Shown here in pieces: positions 34,223-42,031 of a stretch of DNA of 44,540 nucleotides. The notes beneath the pieces are model-generated. The model ran no database searches. It was given only the letters and a program-made list of their open reading frames with translations, and was not told where the DNA came from. Position 1 is the first letter of the stretch, and each line of letters begins with the position of its first letter. Origin of the DNA: Escherichia phage vB_EcoS-phiEc4; the sequence record MZ576218; one strand, 5' to 3'. Made by a program: the position numbers and the translations under genes.

Positions 34223-34231
34223 TGGTACTAT
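34223..34231 (+). promoter_or_regulatory. extended -10 element TGgTACTAT upstream of the XRE-type HTH gene
   Basis: TGn-TACTAT about 30 nt upstream of ATG 34263; resembles the -10 half of the P_A family with degenerate palindrome AATAT-GGTA-CTATT. Confidence 0.4.
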
Positions 34232-34262
34232 TCACACATCAACTGACTAAGGAGTAATTGAC

Positions 34263-34478
34263 ATGCAACCATCCGAACTAGGCATCCGTGTAGAGCAACG
34301 CCGTAAAGAACTCGGCATCTCCCAGCGCCGTCTGGCTGTCCTGGCCGGTGTCTCCCAGGGCGCAATTAACCAGCTGGCTCTCGGTGTAACTCAGGACGTC
34401 CGCCCGGCAACGTTGTTTAAACTGGCGGAAGTGCTGGAAGTAGACGCTAAGTGGCTGGCGTTCGGTGAAGGGGCTTGA
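34263..34478 (+). CDS. XRE-family HTH transcriptional regulator (Cro/CI-like)
   Basis: 71 aa; helix-turn-helix GISQRRLAVLAGVSQGAINQL; RBS AAGGAG; divergent from replication-module promoter. Confidence 0.7.
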   Translation: MQPSELGIRVEQRRKELGISQRRLAVLAGVSQGAINQLALGVTQDVRPATLFKLAEVLEVDAKWLAFGEGA

Positions 34479-34495
34479 CGCCCCTTTCTTTTTAT
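34470..34495. terminator. bidirectional rho-independent terminator
   Basis: GGGGC-TTGAC-GCCCC followed by TTTCTTTTTATT; between convergent HTH gene (+) and 34492..34689 (-). Confidence 0.7.
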
Positions 34496-34689
34496 TGCAC
34501 CTTTATCGGGTATCTTTTGCGAAACTTACCTAACCCGCAGTACACGCTGTAAGCCTCTGTGTAACTGAACACAACATGATACCCGCGCCCATAAGGAACT
34601 ACGTTAAGAACTTCTACTACTTCGCCTCTGTGGTTGGTGTATTTATTACCTTTCAGTTCGTCGCTTACTTCTTTAAATTTACCGCTCAT
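34492..34689 (-). CDS. hypothetical protein
   Basis: 65 aa ORF ATGA-coupled to primase-helicase gene. Confidence 0.5.
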   Translation of the reverse strand: MSGKFKEVSDELKGNKYTNHRGEVVEVLNVVPYGRGYHVVFSYTEAYSVYCGLGKFRKRYPIKVQ

Positions 34690-36965
34690 TCCAAATCCTC
34701 CTCTGTCACTGTCAACATTTCATTCGGTTCGTATATTGTCTTTGGAATCTTGTTATCAGTTATTCTGGTGTTCAGCCTGTAACGACCTGGGATTATCTGA
34801 TTGTTTTCGTCAGTACCCGGAACAAGATACCCAGCCTCAACCATTTTCTTAATCTTCCCGCGTTCTATGGCTTCTTTGGAGTTAAACGCCTTTGCGTTGG
34901 GGTCAGACTGCGCGAGCTTATTCGCTGCGGATACCGTGATGCCCTCGTTGCCGTTGTAGGTCCCCTCCGCCAGTTCAAACGCCGCGAGTATCGTGGCCTC
35001 GGAACTGTTGACGGCGTTCTCTATGGTTTTACGTACATTTTGTTTACCTTCGTTAGTTAACCCTTCTTCCCTCTCTTTCTCCTCGTCGGTCTTGAATGGC
35101 TCGAAGCCCCACGGCATCAATACAAGCGCCTTGTGCGGCTCAGGCAGGTCGAGGTTTACTATTGTGCCGTATTCCTCTGTGCTACCGAGGAACTCAACCG
35201 CGCGGTACTCTTTCGGCGGCGGTGCTTCACGGAACTGTACAGACTCCAGTACCATGCCAACCGTCTTCTGTTGAGGACCGTGCTTAAATTTAGAGTGGTA
35301 TACGTTTATCTGACGGTCGGTAGCGCGTTCGATTGTCAGTTCCACGTCGACACCCGCATACAATGCTCCACTGCCGCGGGCTTTCTTTCCGCCCTTCGGA
35401 GTATGGTGAACGACACCGACAGCGGCTTTAGTTGCATCGCGCACTTCTTTCAGGATGGCGATAACTTTACCCATACCGATTGCCGTTGATGAACTGTTCT
35501 CGTCGAACTTATCAATCGTCAGGGCCAGCGTCTGGTTAAGGGTGTCGAAGGCAACCATGCCAATAGGTTCATCCCCTGCGGTTTCGCGCATCCTGCGGAT
35601 TAGAGCTGGAATTTTTTTATCACCATGCGTAGCGAGTATTTCGCCCATATCGATGACATGTACATAATCTTTACCTTCCTCGCCATATTTAGCCGCGAGT
35701 GCATCAATACGTGTTCGTGTAGCTGCACCACCCTCGCCGTCAATATAGAAATGGTGGCAACGTTGGGTGTCAGCCCCCGCAAACCGGTACCCGGCGGCGC
35801 TCAGGTACATCATCCCCAGCGTATAGAATGATTTGTACGTGCCGGATTCCCCGACAATATCCCAGATACAATCCGACGGCATGTACCCCTCAACGACGAA
35901 ATCAGCCTTTACCGGTTCTGGTAACTCGTCCTCTTCTTCAAGGTCTTCCAGGTCGTCGAGGCTGCATGAGACAGATTCACGCGCCCCCCAACCGATGGCC
36001 TCTGCGACTTCACTGAACGGCAGCCCGGTCGCATCGCACGCGTACTTCCACACCTCTTTCGGTGACAGGCCTTCTGTCGCCGTAATGTCTGTGTCGTGAA
36101 TCATGGTTACGTTTGGCGCTTCATACCCCTCGCGCGGGAAGCACAGCAGGAAGTCGTCCGGGCGCGGTGTCGGGTCGCTGTAGTTTTCGGCATGTTCCGG
36201 TGTGGCTGGCATCTTAAGGCCGCGCGGCGTCATGACGCCGCCGTACTCAAACGCCAGTGCTTCAAACGCGTCTGTAAACGCGGTGCGCAGTTCTTCCGGT
36301 ATCTGGTAATCCGATGCGCTGCTAACGTCAACGGCTGGGATGCCTTCCAGTAACTCGTTCGGGTCGATCAGGTCGTTGCGGCGCGACCAGATAACGGTAG
36401 CGCCGACCGGCGGCAGGTACATCGGCTGCGACAGAGTGAACCCGCTGCGGTCAGCGCCCATGCCTTCGAAGAAGTGCTCCAGCAAGCCATGACGAACACG
36501 GATGATGTCGCCGCCTTCAACCGGGCGGCTCAGCGGCATGACGACGCGAAAGCGCGGTGACTCATCGGTATGTGATGCCGTGGTGTAGAGACACATCGCC
36601 CGGCGGCTGCGATTAACCAGGCGCACCGCTTCCTGGTACTCTTCCGGTGTTGCACTGTCGAAGTCCAGATACGCCAGCGACGATTTGCTCACAGACGCGT
36701 CACAGCGATAGAAGAAGCCTTTACGCGCTTGCTTAAAGTCACCGGTTTCCGGGTCTTTTACAGTGCTGTGCGCAGAGTCGCACGCGGCAGTAATATAGCC
36801 TGGCGCTGTCTTCGGGTTGATCCCGTCACGAACAGCATCGAGCGGCTGGATTAACTCTTTCAGGTCATCCAGTGTTGCCGTGTGTGTGGTTCTGACGTTT
36901 ATATCCTTTTTCTCTGCCCGCGCGTTGCGACGTGACCACGAGTAGGATAAAATTACATCGGACAT
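34686..36965 (-). CDS. DNA primase-helicase (N-terminal primase-like region, C-terminal P-loop helicase)
   Basis: 759 aa; Walker A GESGTYKS in C-terminal half; large N-terminal domain. Confidence 0.65.
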   Translation of the reverse strand: MSDVILSYSWSRRNARAEKKDINVRTTHTATLDDLKELIQPLDAVRDGINPKTAPGYITAACDSAHSTVKDPETGDFKQARKGFFYRCDASVSKSSLAYLDFDSATPEEYQEAVRLVNRSRRAMCLYTTASHTDESPRFRVVMPLSRPVEGGDIIRVRHGLLEHFFEGMGADRSGFTLSQPMYLPPVGATVIWSRRNDLIDPNELLEGIPAVDVSSASDYQIPEELRTAFTDAFEALAFEYGGVMTPRGLKMPATPEHAENYSDPTPRPDDFLLCFPREGYEAPNVTMIHDTDITATEGLSPKEVWKYACDATGLPFSEVAEAIGWGARESVSCSLDDLEDLEEEDELPEPVKADFVVEGYMPSDCIWDIVGESGTYKSFYTLGMMYLSAAGYRFAGADTQRCHHFYIDGEGGAATRTRIDALAAKYGEEGKDYVHVIDMGEILATHGDKKIPALIRRMRETAGDEPIGMVAFDTLNQTLALTIDKFDENSSSTAIGMGKVIAILKEVRDATKAAVGVVHHTPKGGKKARGSGALYAGVDVELTIERATDRQINVYHSKFKHGPQQKTVGMVLESVQFREAPPPKEYRAVEFLGSTEEYGTIVNLDLPEPHKALVLMPWGFEPFKTDEEKEREEGLTNEGKQNVRKTIENAVNSSEATILAAFELAEGTYNGNEGITVSAANKLAQSDPNAKAFNSKEAIERGKIKKMVEAGYLVPGTDENNQIIPGRYRLNTRITDNKIPKTIYEPNEMLTVTEEDLE

Positions 36966-37023
36966 GTTGTATTTCCTTCAGCAAATAATTTGGCCTCGGC
37001 GTTCACCGCGTCGGGGCTTTCTT

Positions 37024-37314
37024 TTATCTTTTAGCCAGACATTCCATCAAATGTGCGTACTTACGATAATAATCTGCGACAATCTCATCACCGAAATACT
37101 GATAAACGTAGGATAGGTGGTCGGAGACATCGATGGAAGCCGACATTGTGCTGAGTCTTCTTAGACTAATCGACTGCAATTCTTCTGTAACGCAAAACGG
37201 CAAATATGAGTCCAGTTTACAGGAAACGTTAAAACACAACGCATACTCACCTTGCACTAAATAGACCATATAAGCACTGTCATTTTCTTTATCGTGGAAA
37301 ATTACACCTTTCAT
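37024..37314 (-). CDS. hypothetical protein
   Basis: 96 aa; ATGA overlap with upstream HTH gene. Confidence 0.45.
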   Translation of the reverse strand: MKGVIFHDKENDSAYMVYLVQGEYALCFNVSCKLDSYLPFCVTEELQSISLRRLSTMSASIDVSDHLSYVYQYFGDEIVADYYRKYAHLMECLAKR

Positions 37315-37481
37315 TTCACGTTCTCCTTAATCCACGCTTCAACTTTATTACGGTCAAATGTTCCTGGTAAACGGCGCCCCATTACTTTAACGCTGCAATC
37401 AGGAAACTTTCCACTCTTAATCCAGTTATTGATTGTCTGGCGGGTGACGCCGATTAATTCTGCAACTTCATTGATAGTCAT
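37311..37481 (-). CDS. AlpA/excisionase-type HTH DNA-binding protein
   Basis: track ORF 37311..37571; likely start ATG 37481 with RBS AGGAGA; motif TINEVAELIGVTRQTINNWIK. Confidence 0.55.
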   Translation of the reverse strand: MTINEVAELIGVTRQTINNWIKSGKFPDCSVKVMGRRLPGTFDRNKVEAWIKENVK

Positions 37482-37510
37482 CTCGCGCTCTCCTGTGTAA
37501 TATGTATCGA

Positions 37511-37539
37511 AGTATAAGGCGGTAACTTTGTAAAAGCAA
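37511..37539 (-). promoter_or_regulatory. sigma70-like promoter (TTGCTT-17-TATACT) for minus-strand operon
   Basis: read on reverse complement; TSS about 23 nt upstream of ATG 37481. Confidence 0.5.
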
Positions 37540-37586
37540 CCAAAACACCACGCAAAGTTACTAAAATACAAAAGATGCTACTGGTA

Positions 37587-37615
37587 TTGACTTTTACTTG
37601 AAAATATGCTAAGCT
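37587..37615 (+). promoter_or_regulatory. promoter P_C copy 2 (TTGACT-17-TGcTAAGCT, extended -10)
   Basis: same architecture as 4997..5025. Confidence 0.55.
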
Positions 37616-37620
37616 TCACT

Positions 37621-37858
37621 GAGCTTGTGAGATATCGCAAGCGACCGCGGAGCGGCAGGGAACGCAACGCGTGCCATTAGGCACTTGAGTGTAGTTCCGC
37701 TGACGCTTTCGGAAGGGTCAAAGTCTATTGTTAATCCCGCCTAAATATCCAAGTCACGGATAATTAAAAGTTTCTATAGTTGCCGTGAGCAAGGTAGAGA
37801 GTACTTCACTCCGCTGGGGTGGGCTAACGCCCACCCACTGCGTTGCGTACTCTTTTAA
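37621..37858 (+). ncRNA. promoter-proximal structured RNA element, copy 2
   Basis: core 37621..37725 homologous to 5032..5135 with compensatory substitutions; 3' region has GC-rich hairpin GGGTGGGC-TAAC-GCCCACCC nested in AGAGTAC/GTACTCT helix followed by TTTT. Confidence 0.5.
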
Positions 37859-37895
37859 GAAACGAAAGAATCACAGCGGCAACGTAACTATTCTC

Positions 37896-37924
37896 TTGCA
37901 CACCCCAACATAATAGGATACTAT
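37896..37924 (+). promoter_or_regulatory. promoter P_A copy 3 (TTGCAC-17-TACTAT) with AATAG-GATA-CTATT palindrome
   Basis: TTGCACACCCCAACATAATAGGATACTAT; followed by leader GAGACAGAGGAG and gene 37959. Confidence 0.6.
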
Positions 37925-37958
37925 TCACTTATCGAAACGAGACAGAGGAGTGAGGGTT

Positions 37959-38150
37959 ATGTTTAAGAAGGGTCAGTTGGTTAAAACTAAACGCGGAGGG
38001 CAATATGTATTAGTGTTGCAGGACGAGAGCGAGTATGACGAGGATAATCTGGTTGACGTATGGGGTCTGGTAAGAAAGAAAACTGGGTTCGCCTCACGCG
38101 ATAATTTAGAACTCATCGGCAACAATTTTAAATTCAAAGGGGTGAAGTGA
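37959..38150 (+). CDS. hypothetical early protein
   Basis: track ORF 37950..38150; ATG 37959 with RBS GAGGAGTGAGGG. Confidence 0.5.
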   Translation: MFKKGQLVKTKRGGQYVLVLQDESEYDEDNLVDVWGLVRKKTGFASRDNLELIGNNFKFKGVK

Positions 38151-38365
38151 TGGAAGAATTAATTTGTATTGAATCCCGCCAGGATGTGCAGGATTGGTTT
38201 GTGAAAGGTAACAAATATTCGTCAGGAGTATATTACGACGGCCGTCGATACGTTTTAGATGAAGACGGTGATGAATGGGATTTAGAGGACACTGTGGGCG
38301 AGACTTTAACCGTTAGTTTTCTTCAATGTTGTTTCCGCATCATTCACAACGGCATCGAATCATGA
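38150..38365 (+). CDS. hypothetical early protein
   Basis: track ORF 38147..38365; ATG 38150 overlaps previous stop. Confidence 0.5.
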   Translation: MEELICIESRQDVQDWFVKGNKYSSGVYYDGRRYVLDEDGDEWDLEDTVGETLTVSFLQCCFRIIHNGIES

Positions 38366-38447
38366 GGCTCGTGCCGACGACTCTGAGGGAGGTTGCCGTG
38401 GATAATATTTTAATTGTCAGCGCTGTTTATGTGGGGTGGAGGTTGAT

Positions 38448-38642
38448 ATGAGTCCATATAATGAATTCCGCTTACGCCGTCTTGTTGGTGGGCTGCGCGC
38501 CGCCGAGTTTGGCGTTGAATGTTGGGAAAAGGCGAAGTACACCCCATGGAAGTCGTGGAATTTGGCCCACGCTAAGGCGGTAGCGCAGTACCGGGAGTAC
38601 AAGTTAAATAGTTTCCTAAAGCACCACGGAGTAGAGCTATGA
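38448..38642 (+). CDS. hypothetical early protein
   Basis: track ORF 38436..38642; ATG 38448 with RBS GGAGG. Confidence 0.5.
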   Translation: MSPYNEFRLRRLVGGLRAAEFGVECWEKAKYTPWKSWNLAHAKAVAQYREYKLNSFLKHHGVEL

Positions 38643-38782
38643 GAGAAGCATTCGAACGGTGGGCCGTCGTCGAGGGTCTGCCGGTTAACAAGGGTTCAAA
38701 GAAAGAGTACCTGAACGTTAAGACGCGTCTTGCGTGGCGGGCGTGGAAAGCTGGTGTGCAGTATGTGATGAATACGAGGTGA
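38639..38782 (+). CDS. 47-aa hypothetical protein
   Basis: not in track; ATGA overlap with previous gene. Confidence 0.4.
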   Translation: MREAFERWAVVEGLPVNKGSKKEYLNVKTRLAWRAWKAGVQYVMNTR

Positions 38783-38785
38783 TTT

Positions 38786-38971
38786 ATGGGTGAGTGGATT
38801 AAGTGTAGTGAGCGGATGCCGGAGCCTTATGAATACGTTCTTGTAACTGATTGTTTTGTTGGCTGTGAGGTTATGCGTGTTAATTCGGATGGCTACTGGG
38901 GACCAGCGAAGAGTTTATACCACGGCGATATCTCCCACTGGATGCCCTTACCTGAGCCACCGGAGGTGTGA
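38786..38971 (+). CDS. hypothetical early protein
   Basis: 61 aa; RBS GAGGTG upstream. Confidence 0.5.
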   Translation: MGEWIKCSERMPEPYEYVLVTDCFVGCEVMRVNSDGYWGPAKSLYHGDISHWMPLPEPPEV

Positions 38972-39004
38972 TGTTCAATAGTTTGGGATTTTACTGAGTG
39001 ACTT

Positions 39005-39040
39005 ACGCTGCTACACAGCAGCGTATCATTTTTCTCATTT
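39005..39040 (+). terminator. rho-independent terminator
   Basis: ACGCTGCT-ACAC-AGCAGCGT 8-bp stem followed by ATCATTTTTCTCATTTTTG. Confidence 0.65.
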
Positions 39041-39118
39041 TTGTTCTATTTCACCAAACGCAACAATCGAAGCGACTATTGCAGGAGATGCAACAATACA
39101 AACACCAATAAAATTTAC

Positions 39119-39147
39119 TTGCACACTAAGATAGAATAGGCTACTAT
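39119..39147 (+). promoter_or_regulatory. promoter P_A copy 4 (TTGCAC-17-TACTAT) with AATAG-GCTA-CTATT palindrome
   Basis: TTGCACACTAAGATAGAATAGGCTACTAT; followed by leader GAGAGACAGAGG as in copy 3. Confidence 0.6.
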
Positions 39148-39178
39148 TCATTTACACAAACTAGAGGAGAGACAGAGG

Positions 39179-39307
39179 ATGAAAGATTATAGCGAAGTGA
39201 CTTTAGGCGAGTTGCAGGACGAGTATGAAGATATGCTCTACCCGTTCATCTGCGACGGAGATTACAACGGCGTCTATAACGGAGTGAGTGAAGAATATGA
39301 ATACTAA
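39179..39307 (+). CDS. 42-aa acidic micro-protein
   Basis: not in track; first ATG after P_A4 leader; SD spacing suboptimal. Confidence 0.3.
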   Translation: MKDYSEVTLGELQDEYEDMLYPFICDGDYNGVYNGVSEEYEY

Positions 39308-39485
39308 AAACGAGCATTTGATTAAAGTTACCCCGGTATGGTCGGCGTGGGTTATCGCCCCCGACGGAAAGCACGTACCGAAATTTGTGTTCACTGATGA
39401 GAAAGTTGCGCGTGAGTGGCTTCGTGCAGGCAAGAAAGGTGAACGCGGCGTCATGAAGGTTGGGTTAGTAGGAGACGTAGTATGA
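39297..39485 (+). CDS. hypothetical early protein
   Basis: track ORF 39288..39485; ATG 39297 with RBS GGAGTGAG. Confidence 0.45.
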   Translation: MNTKNEHLIKVTPVWSAWVIAPDGKHVPKFVFTDEKVAREWLRAGKKGERGVMKVGLVGDVV

Positions 39486-39922
39486 GTAACAAAAACGAAG
39501 TATTCGAGTACCTGATTGACCAGCTACGGCAGCAGGTAAATAACAACCGGTGCGAAGACCTGGCGCATGAGGTGCAGTCACTTAAGAATCAGTTACGCGA
39601 TGCGTCGGCGCAGATTAAGGAGTTGCAGAGTGAGTTACAGCATCAGATTGACCTGGCGGCGGGTGTGTATAGATGGTCTACCGCACATTTCGACGAGAAA
39701 GGTAAAGTCTTCAAGGTCGAGCGTGGGATTAAGACTGAGCAATCTGGTTGCCGTAAAGAAGATACTCATAGCCAAGGAACCGGAGTATCCGGGCGAGTTC
39801 GGGAAGGCGGTGTTAGGGTGACAGGATGTCAGTCGGAGTGCAGTCATTTATGGCATTACACCGACGACCACTTAGTACATTGCGTTTTGTGTGGGTTAAA
39901 AAGGAGCGACGAAGCGCTATGA
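39482..39922 (+). CDS. hypothetical protein with coiled-coil N-terminus and Cys-rich C-terminus
   Basis: 146 aa; ATGA coupling; CQSEC and CVLCG motifs. Confidence 0.5.
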   Translation: MSNKNEVFEYLIDQLRQQVNNNRCEDLAHEVQSLKNQLRDASAQIKELQSELQHQIDLAAGVYRWSTAHFDEKGKVFKVERGIKTEQSGCRKEDTHSQGTGVSGRVREGGVRVTGCQSECSHLWHYTDDHLVHCVLCGLKRSDEAL

Positions 39923-40122
39923 CCAGCATCTTATTTATCTGGGTACTATCCGCCGGCCATATGCAACTGGCGGCAACAGAAACGTTTTACTCAATGGAGG
40001 CGTGCCAGTCAGCGGCACGCGCCGCAGAGAACGCGCACTTCCTGTTTCAGGGGGACAAGCCCATCGATTCAGAGGTACGCGCTATCTGCTCACCTAAGCG
40101 ACTTGGTAAACAGGAGAAATAA
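39919..40122 (+). CDS. small protein with N-terminal hydrophobic segment
   Basis: track ORF 39826..40122; ATG 39919 overlapping previous stop; MTSILFIWVLSAGHMQLAA. Confidence 0.45.
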   Translation: MTSILFIWVLSAGHMQLAATETFYSMEACQSAARAAENAHFLFQGDKPIDSEVRAICSPKRLGKQEK

Positions 40123-40123
40123 C

Positions 40124-40318
40124 ATGGTACAGAGATACGAGTTAGAGTTGTTTCATCAGAAAGGTGGCTCGGTAAACCCGTGCGATGATGGTGGATACAT
40201 AGAGTACGAAGATTACGCGAAACTCGAAGCCGAGTTACAGAAATACAAGGACCAGTTTCCTGATTACGTTGAGTGCGCGAACTGTGGGTCAGTTACACAT
40301 GTGGAGGGGGTGGAGTGA
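40124..40318 (+). CDS. hypothetical small protein (paralog A)
   Basis: track ORF 40103..40318; ATG 40124 with RBS AGGAGA; MVQRYE...YEDYAKLE. Confidence 0.45.
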   Translation: MVQRYELELFHQKGGSVNPCDDGGYIEYEDYAKLEAELQKYKDQFPDYVECANCGSVTHVEGVE

Positions 40319-40497
40319 TGGCGCAGAGATATGAAAACGACCATGGCGATATGTTTCAGGTCGCCGAGGGTAATTGGGTTCGCTACGAAGATTACGCGGA
40401 ACTGGAGCGCAAACTGCGTAACTTCGCCGACCAGGTATTGTACGCACCTTGTTCGAAAGTTACCGAAGAAACGGCCCGCGAGATTCTGGACCTATGA
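40318..40497 (+). CDS. hypothetical small protein (paralog B)
   Basis: track ORF 40273..40497; ATG 40318; MAQRYE...YEDYAELE similar to upstream neighbour. Confidence 0.45.
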   Translation: MAQRYENDHGDMFQVAEGNWVRYEDYAELERKLRNFADQVLYAPCSKVTEETAREILDL

Positions 40498-40787
40498 GCC
40501 TTGCAACTGACATCCTGAAACGGAGCGGCCTTGCGCCGCTGTCGCCGAGAGCGAACACACGAATATACAAGCGTCGCCGTAACGTGCTGTACCCAGAGAT
40601 TCAGGACAGACGTAAAGCTATCCGCGCCTGTGGATTCCAGAACGGGAAGGCTGTGAATCTCGGTGAGTTTAAAACGCAGGAGCGCGCTGCAATCGCTAAT
40701 CGGTTATTTAATTACTGGAAATCGCTGGGATACGATGATATTCCGACGAAACCACAGAGACGACAATACATCTGGCGTCATAAATAA
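40494..40787 (+). CDS. hypothetical basic protein
   Basis: track ORF 40449..40787; ATG 40494 with ATGA overlap. Confidence 0.45.
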   Translation: MSLATDILKRSGLAPLSPRANTRIYKRRRNVLYPEIQDRRKAIRACGFQNGKAVNLGEFKTQERAAIANRLFNYWKSLGYDDIPTKPQRRQYIWRHK

Positions 40788-40817
40788 ACCGTTATTAAGA
40801 TAATTCCTAACCGTGCT

Positions 40818-40857
40818 ATCCTCCAGTTACTGCATACTTAATACGCACCTGGAGGAT
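40818..40857 (+). promoter_or_regulatory. RBS-sequestering hairpin upstream of holin gene
   Basis: perfect 9-bp inverted repeat ATCCTCCAG...CTGGAGGAT; 3' arm contains SD GGAGGA of TTG-initiated holin ORF. Confidence 0.45.
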
Positions 40858-40862
40858 TCATC

Positions 40863-41171
40863 TTGGATAAATTTACTGAAACAGTGACAGGCTGGCTTCT
40901 CGCTGCCGCGCTAGCCGGAGGGGTAATCGGACTACGACAACATAAGTCTGTTATTTCTGGCCCCATCGACGGATTCTGCTTTATCGCAACCGGCTTCACT
41001 TGCGCTGTATTCGGCGCGCCTCTTGCCGCTCAATGGTTCGGTATTACCGGAGAGCGCGAGATAGCTGGCCTCGGATTCATCATCGCAATTCTCTGGATGC
41101 CCATCTATTCCCGTCTCTCCGGTATCGTCTCTGGAGAATACATCGCTCGTCGAGGAGGCACAGATGAATGA
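40863..41171 (+). CDS. holin (three predicted TM segments)
   Basis: 102 aa, TTG start; hydrophobic segments and charged C-terminus; immediately upstream of endolysin. Confidence 0.6.
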   Translation: MDKFTETVTGWLLAAALAGGVIGLRQHKSVISGPIDGFCFIATGFTCAVFGAPLAAQWFGITGEREIAGLGFIIAILWMPIYSRLSGIVSGEYIARRGGTDE

Positions 41172-41436
41172 GTTATTCTGGTTCGGCGGTATGCTGGCAA
41201 TCGGAGGCACATCGCTGTTTAATGTATATCACCCCAGCGTGGATGACGGATTATTTGGCCGGGTGCTCTATATCCTGACTGCCATCGTCTGTGCTGCCGG
41301 ATGTATCCACCTGTTACAGGGCAGCATGTCACCAACGCTGCCTGAGACGTTAATCACATTAGTTGCGCTGCGTCAGATTCGCCAGGTGTGGCTGTCATAC
41401 GGAGGACATAAGCGTGTCTCGAAATATTTCAGATAA
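41164..41436 (+). CDS. second lysis membrane protein (holin or antiholin-like)
   Basis: 90 aa with two hydrophobic segments between holin and endolysin. Confidence 0.45.
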   Translation: MNELFWFGGMLAIGGTSLFNVYHPSVDDGLFGRVLYILTAIVCAAGCIHLLQGSMSPTLPETLITLVALRQIRQVWLSYGGHKRVSKYFR

Positions 41437-41899
41437 TGGATTGCATTTTACCGCCGCGTTCGAGGGATTCCGAGGAACTGCGTATCGCGCTACACCGAAT
41501 GAGAAGTACCTGACTATTGGGTATGGAAGCTATGGCCCGCATGTTAAGGCGGGGCAGACCATCACTCCAGGACAAGGCCTCCTGTTACTTAATCGCGATA
41601 TGGCTAAAGCCGTAGCTGCGGTTGATGCGGCAGCGCACCATTCACTGACACAGGCACAGTTCGACGCTGTGTGTGACCTGGTCTACAACGCAGGCGCTGG
41701 CGTGATTGCCGCTACCACGGGCACAGGTAAGGCGCTGCGTTCTGGTGACATCGAGACGCTGCGGGCTAAGCTGACACTGTTCATCAACCAGAACGGCAGA
41801 CCACTACTCGGCCTGCGTCGCCGTACAGCAGGTCGTCTGGCGCTGTTTGACGGTAAACCGTGGCAAGAGGCGGAGGCAATTGGGAGGGCTGTTAGATGA
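41414..41899 (+). CDS. endolysin, phage lysozyme (GH24-like)
   Basis: track ORF 41363..41899; likely GTG start 41414 with RBS GGAGG; motif FEGFRGTAY...TIGYG typical of T4-type lysozymes. Confidence 0.8.
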   Translation: MSRNISDNGLHFTAAFEGFRGTAYRATPNEKYLTIGYGSYGPHVKAGQTITPGQGLLLLNRDMAKAVAAVDAAAHHSLTQAQFDAVCDLVYNAGAGVIAATTGTGKALRSGDIETLRAKLTLFINQNGRPLLGLRRRTAGRLALFDGKPWQEAEAIGRAVR

Positions 41900-41960
41900 T
41901 GGAAGAAAACTGGGACGTATAGTAAACTTACTCCCACGCTGCTTGTGCTTGCACCACCCG

Positions 41961-41991
41961 AAACCCGGACCGCGAATCCGGGTTTTATTTT
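41961..41991 (+). terminator. rho-independent terminator after lysis cassette
   Basis: perfect 9-bp stem AAACCCGGA/TCCGGGTTT, loop CCGCGAA, followed by TATTTTA. Confidence 0.75.
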
Positions 41992-41996
41992 ACCAA

Positions 41997-42025
41997 TTGA
42001 CACCTAAGACTAATCCGACGATACT
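41997..42025 (+). promoter_or_regulatory. sigma70-like promoter (TTGACA-17-GATACT)
   Basis: consensus -35 with 17-bp spacer; lies between two terminators. Confidence 0.5.
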
Positions 42026-42031
42026 TAAATC

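Noticed and set aside
34993-36353. Plus-strand ORFs inside the primase-helicase region
   Set aside because: Antisense to the 759-aa gene with Walker A motif; no independent support.
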